From the NCBI GenBank assembly GCA_945883395.1, contig CAMCXP010000002.1, positions 1-51,488 of the forward strand: a DNA stretch of 51,488 bases, read 5' to 3'. Every line of letters starts with the position of its first letter. The first letter of the stretch is position 1. The notes under the pieces are model-generated. The model had not been told where the DNA came from and ran no database searches. It saw nothing but the letters and a program-made list of their open reading frames with translations. The translations under genes and the position numbers were made by a program. Below, one piece after another: positions 37,528 to 45,427 of this stretch. The stretch is from Melioribacter roseus P3M-2 (lineage in GTDB: Bacteria > Bacteroidota > Ignavibacteria > Kapaibacteriales > Kapaibacteriaceae).

Positions 37528-38163
37528 ATGACAACAACAATTGGACGAATTGGAATTGTGCTGGCACTTGTCCTATGTGCATGCAGCATGATGATGGCAC
37601 AGAATCCTATCGCACCAGAAGGTGTTAAGATCGGTGATAATGCGCCAGAGTTTGTGCTGAAGAACGTTGATGGGGCAGTGATCGGACCCCGCACGTTTGC
37701 GGCAGCGAAGGGATTGATCATTGTCTTTACCTGCAATCACTGTCCGTTCAGCGTGAAGTACGAAGATCGGATCATCGCACTGCAGCGTGAGTTCGCTGCG
37801 AAGGGGTTCCCCCTGATCGCTGTGAATCCGAACGACACGATTGTTTCGCCAGAAGATTCCTATTCGAAGATGCAGAAGCGAGCAGCCGATAAGGCGTTTC
37901 CGTTCCCGTATCTCTTCGATGAAACACAAGTGGTAGCGCAACGCTACGGCGCTCGCCGAACACCACACGCATACGTGCTGCTTCGTACGCGCACGGGGTG
38001 GACGGTTGAGTATATCGGTGCAATTGATGATAATGCTGACAATGCTGCCGAAGCAACACAATACTTTGTTGCCGACGCGGTGAATGCCCTGCTAAAGGGA
38101 ACGAAACCCGCACAGCCAATGACAAAGGCTATTGGGTGTACAATCAAATGGAAGAAGGGATAA
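37528..38163 (+). CDS. Exported thioredoxin-fold (AhpC/TSA/redoxin-like) protein
   Basis: Signal peptide IGIVLALVLCACSMMMAQ; LIIVFTCNHCPFSVKY (CxxC); RRTPHAYVL. Confidence 0.7.
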   Translation: MTTTIGRIGIVLALVLCACSMMMAQNPIAPEGVKIGDNAPEFVLKNVDGAVIGPRTFAAAKGLIIVFTCNHCPFSVKYEDRIIALQREFAAKGFPLIAVNPNDTIVSPEDSYSKMQKRAADKAFPFPYLFDETQVVAQRYGARRTPHAYVLLRTRTGWTVEYIGAIDDNADNAAEATQYFVADAVNALLKGTKPAQPMTKAIGCTIKWKKG

Positions 38164-38173
38164 TTCAACCCGT

Positions 38174-39010
38174 ATGAGTAATCGACGTCCAAGTGGCGAT
38201 GACCGCCAACCCCTCACAAATGAATCTCGGTTCGATCGTAACGCACGCGGTGGCGGCGGAGCACGTAGCGGTAAGCCACGTCCACAAGGCCCGCGCCGCG
38301 ACGGACCGCCACGTGGCCCGCGCCGTGACGACCGACCGGATGATCGCGGCCCACGCCGTGATGATCGCGGCCCACGCCGTGAGTTTAACGATGAACGCCA
38401 ACCGCTGACAAACGAAAGTTCGTTCGTTCGCCCACGTCGTGATGATCGGCGCGATGGTCCTCGTCCTGGTCCACGGCCTGGTGGATCTGGAGCACCACGC
38501 GGACCTCGCGGCGCTGGTGGACCTTCACGTGGTCCACGCCGCGATGATCGTCGTGATGGTCCACGCTCTGGTGGCCCCGGTGGACCTCGCGGTGCTGGTG
38601 GCCCGCCTCGCGGCCCGCGCCGTGACGACCGCCGTGACGGTCCGTATGGCGGTGGCCCATCGCGCGGCCCACGCCGTGATGATCGCGGCCCACGCCGTGA
38701 TGATCGTCAACCAATGAGCAACGAATCCCCTGCATCACGTCCACGTTCGAGCGGACCCCGTGGTGCTGGTGGACCGCCTCGCGGCCCGCGCCGTGATGGT
38801 GGCCCATCCCGTGGTCCACGCCGCGGTGCGCCAAAGGGTGGCGGCATCTACTCGGGTGGAAGCACAGGCCCACGTCGATTCGATACCGAGCCGAAGCGCA
38901 GCAAGGCGTACACGTCGGAGACGTTCATGTACAAGGAAAACCTCGACGAAAAGAAACCTGCTGAACGGAAGATGCGCAGTCGGCGCAAGCGTCCGTCATC
39001 GGGCGAGTAA
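38174..39010 (+). CDS. Arg/Asp/Gly/Pro-rich, repeat-built, predicted intrinsically disordered protein of unknown function
   Basis: ATG 38174 lies 10 nt after the upstream stop. 278 aa made of GPRRDDR(R)DGP-type units and RGAGGPPRGPRR units. Three RQP(L/M)(T/S)NES modules at nt 38204, 38396 and 38705. A more ordinary, still highly charged sequence appears only in the last ~45 aa. The frame stays open through a repeat region where other frames also lack stops, so coding is likely but not proven. Confidence 0.6.
   Translation: MSNRRPSGDDRQPLTNESRFDRNARGGGGARSGKPRPQGPRRDGPPRGPRRDDRPDDRGPRRDDRGPRREFNDERQPLTNESSFVRPRRDDRRDGPRPGPRPGGSGAPRGPRGAGGPSRGPRRDDRRDGPRSGGPGGPRGAGGPPRGPRRDDRRDGPYGGGPSRGPRRDDRGPRRDDRQPMSNESPASRPRSSGPRGAGGPPRGPRRDGGPSRGPRRGAPKGGGIYSGGSTGPRRFDTEPKRSKAYTSETFMYKENLDEKKPAERKMRSRRKRPSSGE
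38285..38830 (+). repeat. Intragenic degenerate tandem/dispersed repeats (7-codon and longer units)
   Basis: Exact 38-nt duplicate CGCGGCCCACGCCGTGATGATCGCGGCCCACGCCGTGA at 38345-38382 and 38663-38700; each copy is itself a 21-nt tandem. 35-nt near-duplicate (1 mismatch) GGTGCTGGTGG(C/A)CCGCCTCGCGGCCCGCGCCGTGA at 38591-38625 and 38762-38796. Confidence 0.85.
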
Positions 39011-39055
39011 GCAAGAACTGAGTTCGTTACCACCACAACATTCCAGGATATCTGC

Positions 39056-39919
39056 ATGCGACACATCCTCGTTGCCCTTGTGTTTTGTTCCGCCGTCGTT
39101 GTAAGCGTTGCGCAAAAGAGTGAGCGCTCTGCATCAAAGAACGACTCGTTGTTCACGGATATGACGTTCGATATGGGTGAGCGTTCTCCGTCGGTACATC
39201 TGTGGTACGGTGGCGCGACGAACACACGTGATGGCGCTGGTTCAATCGCTCCAAATGCGATGTACGGTTTGTCGCTTGGTATGGAACGCGAGAAGGCATG
39301 GCGCGGCACAGAGAACATCATCGTGCACAATGGCACTGCGTTGTACGTTGCCTACGGACCCCATGCTACGGGCTCAACAACGGCATCGAGCACAGTTGAT
39401 CTGTTGCGCTTTGGCTTCATGGATGAAACCGGCTATGGTTATCGCCTTGGCGATGCAAGCAACATTTCGTTCCTGGTCGGACAAAGCTCACTGTCGTGGA
39501 CGAGCATTGCGTCGGCAACACTTCCAATCAACGAGCCAGGTCAGGCACAAGCCATACGCGACTTCGAAGGTAACCTCCGCTTCAGTGAAACAATGCGTCC
39601 AACACTTGCATGGCGCATTGCTTCTCCGGTGAGTTTACGTGTTGGTTACGAATGGACGCAGGTCTATCCACGACATATGTTCTGGTACTGGGCGTTGAGC
39701 GGCGGTATCGAAGGCATCGCCGACGCAGCAGCTTCGTGGTTCGCACGTGAGATAGGCAAGGCGTCCCCAGAAGCAATGCCGATTATGTACTTCATCCTTC
39801 GCACGGGTGTTGCTGCAGGCTTCAAAGCACTACGCATGAATCAGATGAACTGGCCGTTTGAAACGGCGGCACCTATGAACGTCCAGATCTGGAACGTCGG
39901 AGCATCGATTCATTTCTGA
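39056..39919 (+). CDS. Hypothetical exported protein, possibly an outer-membrane barrel
   Basis: Signal peptide MRHILVALVFCSAVVVSVAQ; Gly/aromatic-rich; ends in aromatic NVGASIHF. No recognised motif. Confidence 0.5.
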   Translation: MRHILVALVFCSAVVVSVAQKSERSASKNDSLFTDMTFDMGERSPSVHLWYGGATNTRDGAGSIAPNAMYGLSLGMEREKAWRGTENIIVHNGTALYVAYGPHATGSTTASSTVDLLRFGFMDETGYGYRLGDASNISFLVGQSSLSWTSIASATLPINEPGQAQAIRDFEGNLRFSETMRPTLAWRIASPVSLRVGYEWTQVYPRHMFWYWALSGGIEGIADAAASWFAREIGKASPEAMPIMYFILRTGVAAGFKALRMNQMNWPFETAAPMNVQIWNVGASIHF

Positions 39920-39965
39920 TCGATGTAGTCCGAACAACGCCTTCACCACAATACGAGAACCGACA

Positions 39966-41201
39966 GTGAGTCTGCATTCTCCTGCTACGATATGTGGCGT
40001 AGCGATTGACGAAATTCTTGCGCTTGATGGCGCGCCAGTCTATGTGTACGACTCGGCGATCATGAAACGTCAGATAGATCGCCTTCGCTCGGCGTTTGCT
40101 GGCTTTGAGCACCGCATCATGTATGCGTGCAAGGCACTGTCGAACATCGCGGTGTTGCGACTGATGAAACAATTCGGCGCTGGACTCGACACGGTGTCGA
40201 TTCAGGAAGTCGAGCTTGGTCTGCATGCTGGCTTCACAGCCGACGAAATTCTCTACACGCCCAACATGGTGTCGTTTGATGAAGTGCGCAAGGCTGTTGC
40301 CTATGGCGTGCACATCAACATCGACAGCATCTCTGTGCTCGAACAGTTCGGCCATGAGTATGGCGGACGTGTGCCGGTGTGCCTGCGCGTTAACCCACAC
40401 ATCATGGCTGGCGGCAACGAGCGCATCAGTACCGGCCACATCGATTCGAAGTTCGGCATCTCGATCCATCAAATGCGTCACGTGCTACGTGTTGTTGCAA
40501 CACACGGCATTCATGTGAACGGACTCCACATGCACACGGGTAGCGACATTCTCGATCCCGATGTGTTTCTGCAAGGGGCTGATCTCCTCTTCGATATCGC
40601 AGAGTCATTCCCTGATGTCACATTCGTTGACTTTGGTAGCGGCTTCAAGGTGCCGTACAAGCCCGACGATGTTACGACAAACGTTGAAGAGCTTGGCGCA
40701 AAGCTTGCGACACGTGTGCACGAGTTCAATGCCAACCGTGCGCATCCTGTTTGTGTGTGGTTCGAACCCGGCAAGTATCTCGTGAGTGAGTCGGGCACGT
40801 TTCTCACGCGCGTGAATGTGATCAAGCAAACAACAGCAACGGTCTTTGCTGGTATCGATTCCGGGTTGAATCATCTGATTCGTCCGATGCTCTACAACTC
40901 CTATCATCACATCACGAACCTCTCCAACCCAACAGGTACGCCGCGCATCTACACGGTTGTTGGCTATATCTGCGAGACTGACACGTTTGGATGGGATCGC
41001 ACGCTGAACGAAGTGCGTGTGGGCGACGTGCTGGCATTCGCCAACGCTGGTGCGTACGGCTTCATGATGTCGAGCAACTATAACAGTCGCTACCGCCCTG
41101 CCGAAGTGCTTGTTCATAACGGACGTGCGCATCTGATCCGACGTCGTGAGACGCTCGATGATCAACTGCGAACTCAGATCGACGTTGTGTTGGACGCTTA
41201 A
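39966..41201 (+). CDS. lysA: Diaminopimelate decarboxylase
   Basis: GTG start. PLP-lysine box MYACKALSN, LHMHTGSDI, VVGYICETDTF, NAGAYGFMMSSNYNSR; ~410 aa. Confidence 0.9.
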   Translation: MSLHSPATICGVAIDEILALDGAPVYVYDSAIMKRQIDRLRSAFAGFEHRIMYACKALSNIAVLRLMKQFGAGLDTVSIQEVELGLHAGFTADEILYTPNMVSFDEVRKAVAYGVHINIDSISVLEQFGHEYGGRVPVCLRVNPHIMAGGNERISTGHIDSKFGISIHQMRHVLRVVATHGIHVNGLHMHTGSDILDPDVFLQGADLLFDIAESFPDVTFVDFGSGFKVPYKPDDVTTNVEELGAKLATRVHEFNANRAHPVCVWFEPGKYLVSESGTFLTRVNVIKQTTATVFAGIDSGLNHLIRPMLYNSYHHITNLSNPTGTPRIYTVVGYICETDTFGWDRTLNEVRVGDVLAFANAGAYGFMMSSNYNSRYRPAEVLVHNGRAHLIRRRETLDDQLRTQIDVVLDA

Positions 41202-41563
41202 CGGGCCGCGCGATATCGTTCGATCTCTGCGGACAGACGCTTAATCACCATTCCGATGATCAGAGTATCGTCGGCAAGGCCTACGATCGGCAGGATGTCG
41301 GGTACGAGATCGCTGGGGAGGAGGAAGTATACGAGTGCGCCGAGAATCAGAGCGCGAGACTTCCATTCCATGTGGAAGGAGCCGTCGCGCAGCAGGCGCA
41401 AGAGGATGCCAAGGTTGTGCAGTAAGAACCACGTTGCTCTGCGTGGCTTGACGTTACGCAGACGCTGCTCGGTGCGTTCTACGATTGACGATTCATCTTC
41501 GGGACGAACGGTTGATGCGACATCACGCAGAACATCGTCGTGGCGTGATGTATCCATCGCCAT
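41198..41563 (-). CDS. YkvA/DUF1232 family membrane protein
   Basis: YFLLPSDLVPDILPIVGLADDTLIIGMV is the DUF1232 signature. ATG 41563 overlaps the upstream stop by 1 nt (TAATG); the track start 41614 would overlap the upstream gene. Confidence 0.7.
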   Translation of the reverse strand: MAMDTSRHDDVLRDVASTVRPEDESSIVERTEQRLRNVKPRRATWFLLHNLGILLRLLRDGSFHMEWKSRALILGALVYFLLPSDLVPDILPIVGLADDTLIIGMVIKRLSAEIERYRAAR

Positions 41564-41829
41564 TACTTGGCCTTCTGTCCGCGCCACATGATGGCAAGTG
41601 GGATGGCAACGCAATAGCCCAAGACCAGGACAACGGGAGCAACATCAACGGCAAGGGGATTGTCCCACGAGTCCATACCCGTGCTCAGCAGGACGAAGCC
41701 CAGCACGATGATACCGATGCTGGCGGCGATGAGCTTGTACTGCATCGCACCGAGCGGATTTGTCCACGTTGTTGTAGTGGAACCGGAAGCGGCGCGACCA
41801 ATCGGACGGTCGGAGATGTTCTTTGCCAT
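41563..41829 (-). CDS. Small two-TM membrane protein (DUF3098-like)
   Basis: 88 aa with two hydrophobic helices (YKLIAASIGIIVLGFVLLSTG, VAPVVLVLGYCVAIPLAIMW) and a basic tail. The family assignment is from memory of size and topology only. Confidence 0.5.
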   Translation of the reverse strand: MAKNISDRPIGRAASGSTTTTWTNPLGAMQYKLIAASIGIIVLGFVLLSTGMDSWDNPLAVDVAPVVLVLGYCVAIPLAIMWRGQKAK

Positions 41830-41899
41830 GGAGTTGCCTTGTGTAGTAAACCTTCACGCGGACCAGCCGCGCGACAGACGAAACTACAAAAACGTGGGG

Positions 41900-42379
41900 T
41901 TAGACGCGAGCAGTAAGGAAGGTGGTAAGGTTCTCGCTGGGCTTGAGCCCAAACTTTTTCCGCATTCGTTCTCGGTGCTTTTCGACCGACCGCACGGAGC
42001 AGGAGAAGAGTCGTGCAACCTCGCGCGATGGCATGGGGAGTCGGAGAAAGGCCGCTAGACGCAGTTCCGTTGGCGTGAGCGACGGATAGTCCTTGGCGAG
42101 CTGCTGGAGGAACGCCCCCTGCATGGTCTCGATCACAAACTCGAAGCGATGCTGCTCGTGTTCATCCAGGGCGCTCGAGATATCGCCGAGCATTCCATGT
42201 ACTGATGCGTGCGTGGCTGCTGGTGCCGATGGCTGCAGTGCCTTCATCAATTCACCAGTGCGGCGAAGAATCGACGTGTAACGAACCTCGCGAATTGTCA
42301 TCGCACGGAGGAGCTTACGCGCCTCATCAAGTGAAAGCGAATCGATGTCGACGTGTGCTGGGGTGGTTATGTGATCCAT
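41900..42379 (-). CDS. LuxR/GerE-type HTH transcriptional regulator with unassigned helical N-terminal domain
   Basis: C-terminal LTPTELRLAAFLRLPMPSREVARLFSCSVRSVEKHRERMRKKFGL. There is no receiver-domain Asp pocket in the N-terminal ~95 aa. Confidence 0.7.
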   Translation of the reverse strand: MDHITTPAHVDIDSLSLDEARKLLRAMTIREVRYTSILRRTGELMKALQPSAPAATHASVHGMLGDISSALDEHEQHRFEFVIETMQGAFLQQLAKDYPSLTPTELRLAAFLRLPMPSREVARLFSCSVRSVEKHRERMRKKFGLKPSENLTTFLTARV

Positions 42380-42996
42380 CGTATTGTATCTCGGTCTAGT
42401 TCGACAAGTCCGTTCGATCGAAGCTCGCGGAGCGCAGCATCAACGATACGGTGTGGTGTTCCTGTCATGCGTTCGAGAAGCAACGATGGTACGGAAATCA
42501 TCGAGGAACCCGCGGCATCGACGCCAAACACATTCGCTACGGTGCGCAGGACACCGAGAATATGTTCACCTGAGCTTCGCGTTGAACAGAGTGCAGAGAG
42601 TTGACGAACAAGCTCGAGTCTTCGTGCCAGCTGCGTCATGTAGGCTCGCACAAGTTCAGGATCGGCCAGCGTGGTATGCAGAAACACATTCCTATTCATC
42701 GAGCGAACGACGGTATCTACGAGTGTCGTCGCACGCACAGACGCATTGCTGGTGAGCGTTGCACCTAGTCGTGAACCGAACAGTGCACCTGGACCACTTA
42801 GGCCTACTGCATGGGATGTGCCGACGTGATCAGTGCGGATCTCAACGACAGCTCCATGCTCTACGCAATACACAACATCATCATATGCGTCACCCGGAGT
42901 GAATACGTCACATTCACGCGGAAGAGCACTGCGAGAGTCTTCAGGGAAGACCGATAACCAGGGTGGATTGGATGAATGTCGATTGCTGTATGGCAC
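42367..42996 (-). CDS. Crp/Fnr-family transcriptional regulator (divergent effector domain)
   Basis: Beta-roll-like N-terminal half, a long dimerisation helix (RAYMTQLARRLELVRQLSAL), and C-terminal wHTH GTPHRIVDAALRELRSNGLVEL. Overlaps the LuxR gene by 13 nt. Confidence 0.6.
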   Translation of the reverse strand: MPYSNRHSSNPPWLSVFPEDSRSALPRECDVFTPGDAYDDVVYCVEHGAVVEIRTDHVGTSHAVGLSGPGALFGSRLGATLTSNASVRATTLVDTVVRSMNRNVFLHTTLADPELVRAYMTQLARRLELVRQLSALCSTRSSGEHILGVLRTVANVFGVDAAGSSMISVPSLLLERMTGTPHRIVDAALRELRSNGLVELDRDTIRWIT

Positions 42997-43045
42997 ACAC
43001 GCAACATGCGATCATGCTCCGGCGCGAACTATGACGTTCGTCAGG

Positions 43046-43750
43046 TTAGTCGAAAAGATTCGCTGCTTTAATGAGCCCCTTGACATTCTTCACGCGAATC
43101 GATCGCCCAACAATTTCGATGAGTTTGTCGGACTTGAATTCCGAGAGCGTGCGGATGACGCTCTCTTGTGCAGAGCCAACGATGCCTGCAATCTCTTCTC
43201 GTGTAAGGGGGCTGTTCAACGTCTCACCATCTTCAGCCACACCAAAGGTCTCCTTGATCACCAGCAGTGCTTCTGCAACACGCTCGCGAATACTCTTCTG
43301 CGCGATTTCCACGACACGTCGTTCTGCATCCTCAAGTTCATGCGAGAGATCCTGCATCACACGCAGTGCTAGGTGTGTGTTCTCGCGCACGATTGAGAGG
43401 ATGAGGTCTGAAGGCACAAAGCAAATGCTTGTCTCTTCAACGGCAACACAATTGACGGTGTAGGGTTCACCAGAAATCATGCTTGCATAACCAACGAGGT
43501 CGCCAGCACCTGCCAGACGCAGAATGTGCTCACGACCGTCGGGTGTTGGACGTGTAAGTTTGACGTGTCCCTTGTGAATACAATACACGCCACGGGGATA
43601 CTGACCGTAACTGAAAATTACCGAGCCGCGACCATACGACGAACATGCCTTCGTCTCTGTAACCTGGCCTACCTCATTCATCGTGAGGCTAGCAAAGGTG
43701 GAAGTCACGCGTGATCCACAATTCGCGCAAGATGGACTTAGAGGATGCAT
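43046..43750 (-). CDS. Crp/Fnr-family transcriptional regulator with N-terminal CxxC
   Basis: MHPLSPSCANCGSR; cNMP-like roll GDLVGYASMISGEPYTVNCVAVEETSICFVP; HTH REEIAGIVGSAQESVIRTLSEFKSDKLIE. Alternative upstream ATG at 43795. Confidence 0.7.
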   Translation of the reverse strand: MHPLSPSCANCGSRVTSTFASLTMNEVGQVTETKACSSYGRGSVIFSYGQYPRGVYCIHKGHVKLTRPTPDGREHILRLAGAGDLVGYASMISGEPYTVNCVAVEETSICFVPSDLILSIVRENTHLALRVMQDLSHELEDAERRVVEIAQKSIRERVAEALLVIKETFGVAEDGETLNSPLTREEIAGIVGSAQESVIRTLSEFKSDKLIEIVGRSIRVKNVKGLIKAANLFD

Positions 43751-43821
43751 GGTGATGGCGTCCCGAATATTGAACAACACAAACGACGATGACAACTACG
43801 ACATAGGCGACAACGGTGGTG

Positions 43822-43842
43822 AAATCGTACAACGTACGATTT
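43822..43842. promoter_or_regulatory. Perfect 9-3-9 inverted repeat (candidate operator or weak terminator hairpin)
   Basis: AAATCGTAC-AAC-GTACGATTT. It lies downstream of the cupin stop and upstream of the Crp/Fnr gene on the minus strand. No clear U-tract follows on the minus strand. Confidence 0.3.
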
Positions 43843-43846
43843 GCTA

Positions 43847-43874
43847 ATAACGCACTGCTAACAACGCACTGCTA
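43847..43874. repeat. Two tandem 14-bp direct repeats
   Basis: ATAACGCACTGCTA / ACAACGCACTGCTA (12 identical nt at 43849-43860 and 43863-43874), abutting the cupin stop codon (43876-43878). Confidence 0.7.
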
Positions 43875-43875
43875 C

Positions 43876-44340
43876 CTACGTAAATTTTTCGATAGTGTTA
43901 CGGTGCTGCGGAAACTTCGTGACTAAGTCACCAACATCGGCGAGTTCAAAGTCGGCGAATACAAACCCTGGTGCCACCATCGCGCTCACGAGAACGCCCT
44001 CACCTTGGGGCTCTGCGGCAAACCATGTACCGGCAGGGAGTACACACACGTATGTGGAAGCAGGATGCTGCGATCCAATTGTATGAACAGTGTACGTGCC
44101 ATCGGGAGCGATACAGTGGAGTACGGCATTACCCCCGTGGTGCCAGTACCAGATTTCATCGGACGTCAGGCGGTGGAAATGCGAGATCTGTCCGAGTGGT
44201 AGGTAGAACCAAATCGACGTGGCAGCTGCACGATCACCAAACGGTGTTGATACGGTGAGCGAGGCACGGAAGTACTCGCGATAGTATCCACCCTCGGGGT
44301 GCGCTTCGAGCTGAAACTGGGTTATGATGGGATCGATCAT
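43876..44340 (-). CDS. DUF985-type cupin
   Basis: LEAHPEGGYYREYFRAS is the family's N-terminal signature; ~155 aa. ATG 44340 forms an ATGA overlap with the upstream stop; the track's GTG 44349 is an alternative. Confidence 0.75.
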   Translation of the reverse strand: MIDPIITQFQLEAHPEGGYYREYFRASLTVSTPFGDRAAATSIWFYLPLGQISHFHRLTSDEIWYWHHGGNAVLHCIAPDGTYTVHTIGSQHPASTYVCVLPAGTWFAAEPQGEGVLVSAMVAPGFVFADFELADVGDLVTKFPQHRNTIEKFT

Positions 44341-45389
44341 CGGAGCCACACTACGCTCGCACTTGATCCAAGTGTGTCGATGTTGGGAAGTGGCGTAACC
44401 ACGCCCGATGATGATACGCGGAAGAGACGTTCTGATGAGGCAGTGCCATCAAGGCGATCGCCGTACACGAAGCCGTCGTTTGCGGGTGACCACATGTAGT
44501 CGTGTACGATGGCTTCGGTTGTTGCGACTGTCTGTATCGCCCCCGTTGCAAGCGTGACGATCACCAGCGGGTTGGCACACACGATATGTGATCGTGATGG
44601 CGACACAGAGAGCTGTGGGCTATTGACGCGAGGAAGTGTGGCGATGATGGTTGGACGTGCAGAGCTGTCGAGATCAAAGCGCTTGAGTTCAGCGCCGCTT
44701 GATATCGCATGAAGGTAGACGAGCTGGGAATCTGAGATCCACTGCACTGCATTGACGTTGTCGATCGACGGGTGGCGTGTGATGACGCCCGATGTGACAT
44801 CAACGACCAGTGTTACGCCTCCACGCTGTCCTGTGGCAGTAGTATCATTCCCCACAACCGCAAGGTATCGTCCACTCGGCGACCATGCTGGTGGTGCTTG
44901 CACGGTAAGCGACGAAGCATAGCGCGTGTTGTCGATAATCACCGTGCGCCGCGTACCATCGGGTTGTGCGACCACTAGTTGATACTGGAAGTTCTGCATC
45001 TCGAACCATGCAACGCGCGACCCATCAGGCGAGAGTGTTGGGAACGCCCCTGTCCCGGTGCTGATTTGTCGTGTCGTCGATGTGGCTACGTCAAAACAAT
45101 AGAGCGGAAGCTCGGAACCACTTTTGCTGGTGAACAACACCCACTGTCCGTTCCCCGTTATCGCGATGCGATTCGACGTCGGCGTTGGCAACGAGGCCTT
45201 CCGCGTGAGGTCCGACCCATCAATGCGCATTGTGTACAGCGCAGTGATGCGTGTGGTAGGATTGCGTGCGAGGAACGTAATCACGTCCTTTGTCGGCACA
45301 GCATCGACGCCATTGCTGCAGCCACTCAACGAGAGCAGGGTGCTCATAGCGAGTGTGATGGCAAGGGCTGTTGTCGTGAGATTGTTCAT
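44337..45389 (-). CDS. PD40/TolB-like beta-propeller lipoprotein
   Basis: Lipobox LLSLSGCSNG. Repeated blade-like strings (LSPDGSRVAW, WSPSGRYLAVVG, WSPANDGFVYG). Confidence 0.65.
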   Translation of the reverse strand: MNNLTTTALAITLAMSTLLSLSGCSNGVDAVPTKDVITFLARNPTTRITALYTMRIDGSDLTRKASLPTPTSNRIAITGNGQWVLFTSKSGSELPLYCFDVATSTTRQISTGTGAFPTLSPDGSRVAWFEMQNFQYQLVVAQPDGTRRTVIIDNTRYASSLTVQAPPAWSPSGRYLAVVGNDTTATGQRGGVTLVVDVTSGVITRHPSIDNVNAVQWISDSQLVYLHAISSGAELKRFDLDSSARPTIIATLPRVNSPQLSVSPSRSHIVCANPLVIVTLATGAIQTVATTEAIVHDYMWSPANDGFVYGDRLDGTASSERLFRVSSSGVVTPLPNIDTLGSSASVVWLR

Positions 45390-45427
45390 GGCACAGGGAT
45401 TCTAGCAACTGCTGTGCCATGTACGTA

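Noticed and set aside
38285-38830. Repeats here, and the 14-bp tandem at 43847-43874, as a CRISPR array or mobile-element ends.
   Set aside because: The first set is in-frame coding repeats with 21-nt periodicity and no unique spacers. The second has only two short units. There are no cas genes.
38385-38873. His/Gly/Arg-rich ORFs overlapping the RD-rich gene in other frames (162 aa minus strand; 92 aa at 38439-38717; 61 aa at 38525-38710; 114 aa at 38760-39104).
   Set aside because: They are by-products of the GC-rich 21-nt repeat, which lacks stops in several frames. Only the frame starting at 38174 is positioned 10 nt after the upstream stop and runs the full length. Which frame is truly translated should still be confirmed experimentally.
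45390-45418. Hairpin GGCACAG-N15-CTGTGCC between the WYL gene stop and the PD40 lipoprotein start.
   Set aside because: Only a 7-bp stem with a 15-nt loop and no U-tract on the transcribed (minus) strand. This is too weak to call a terminator or attenuator.
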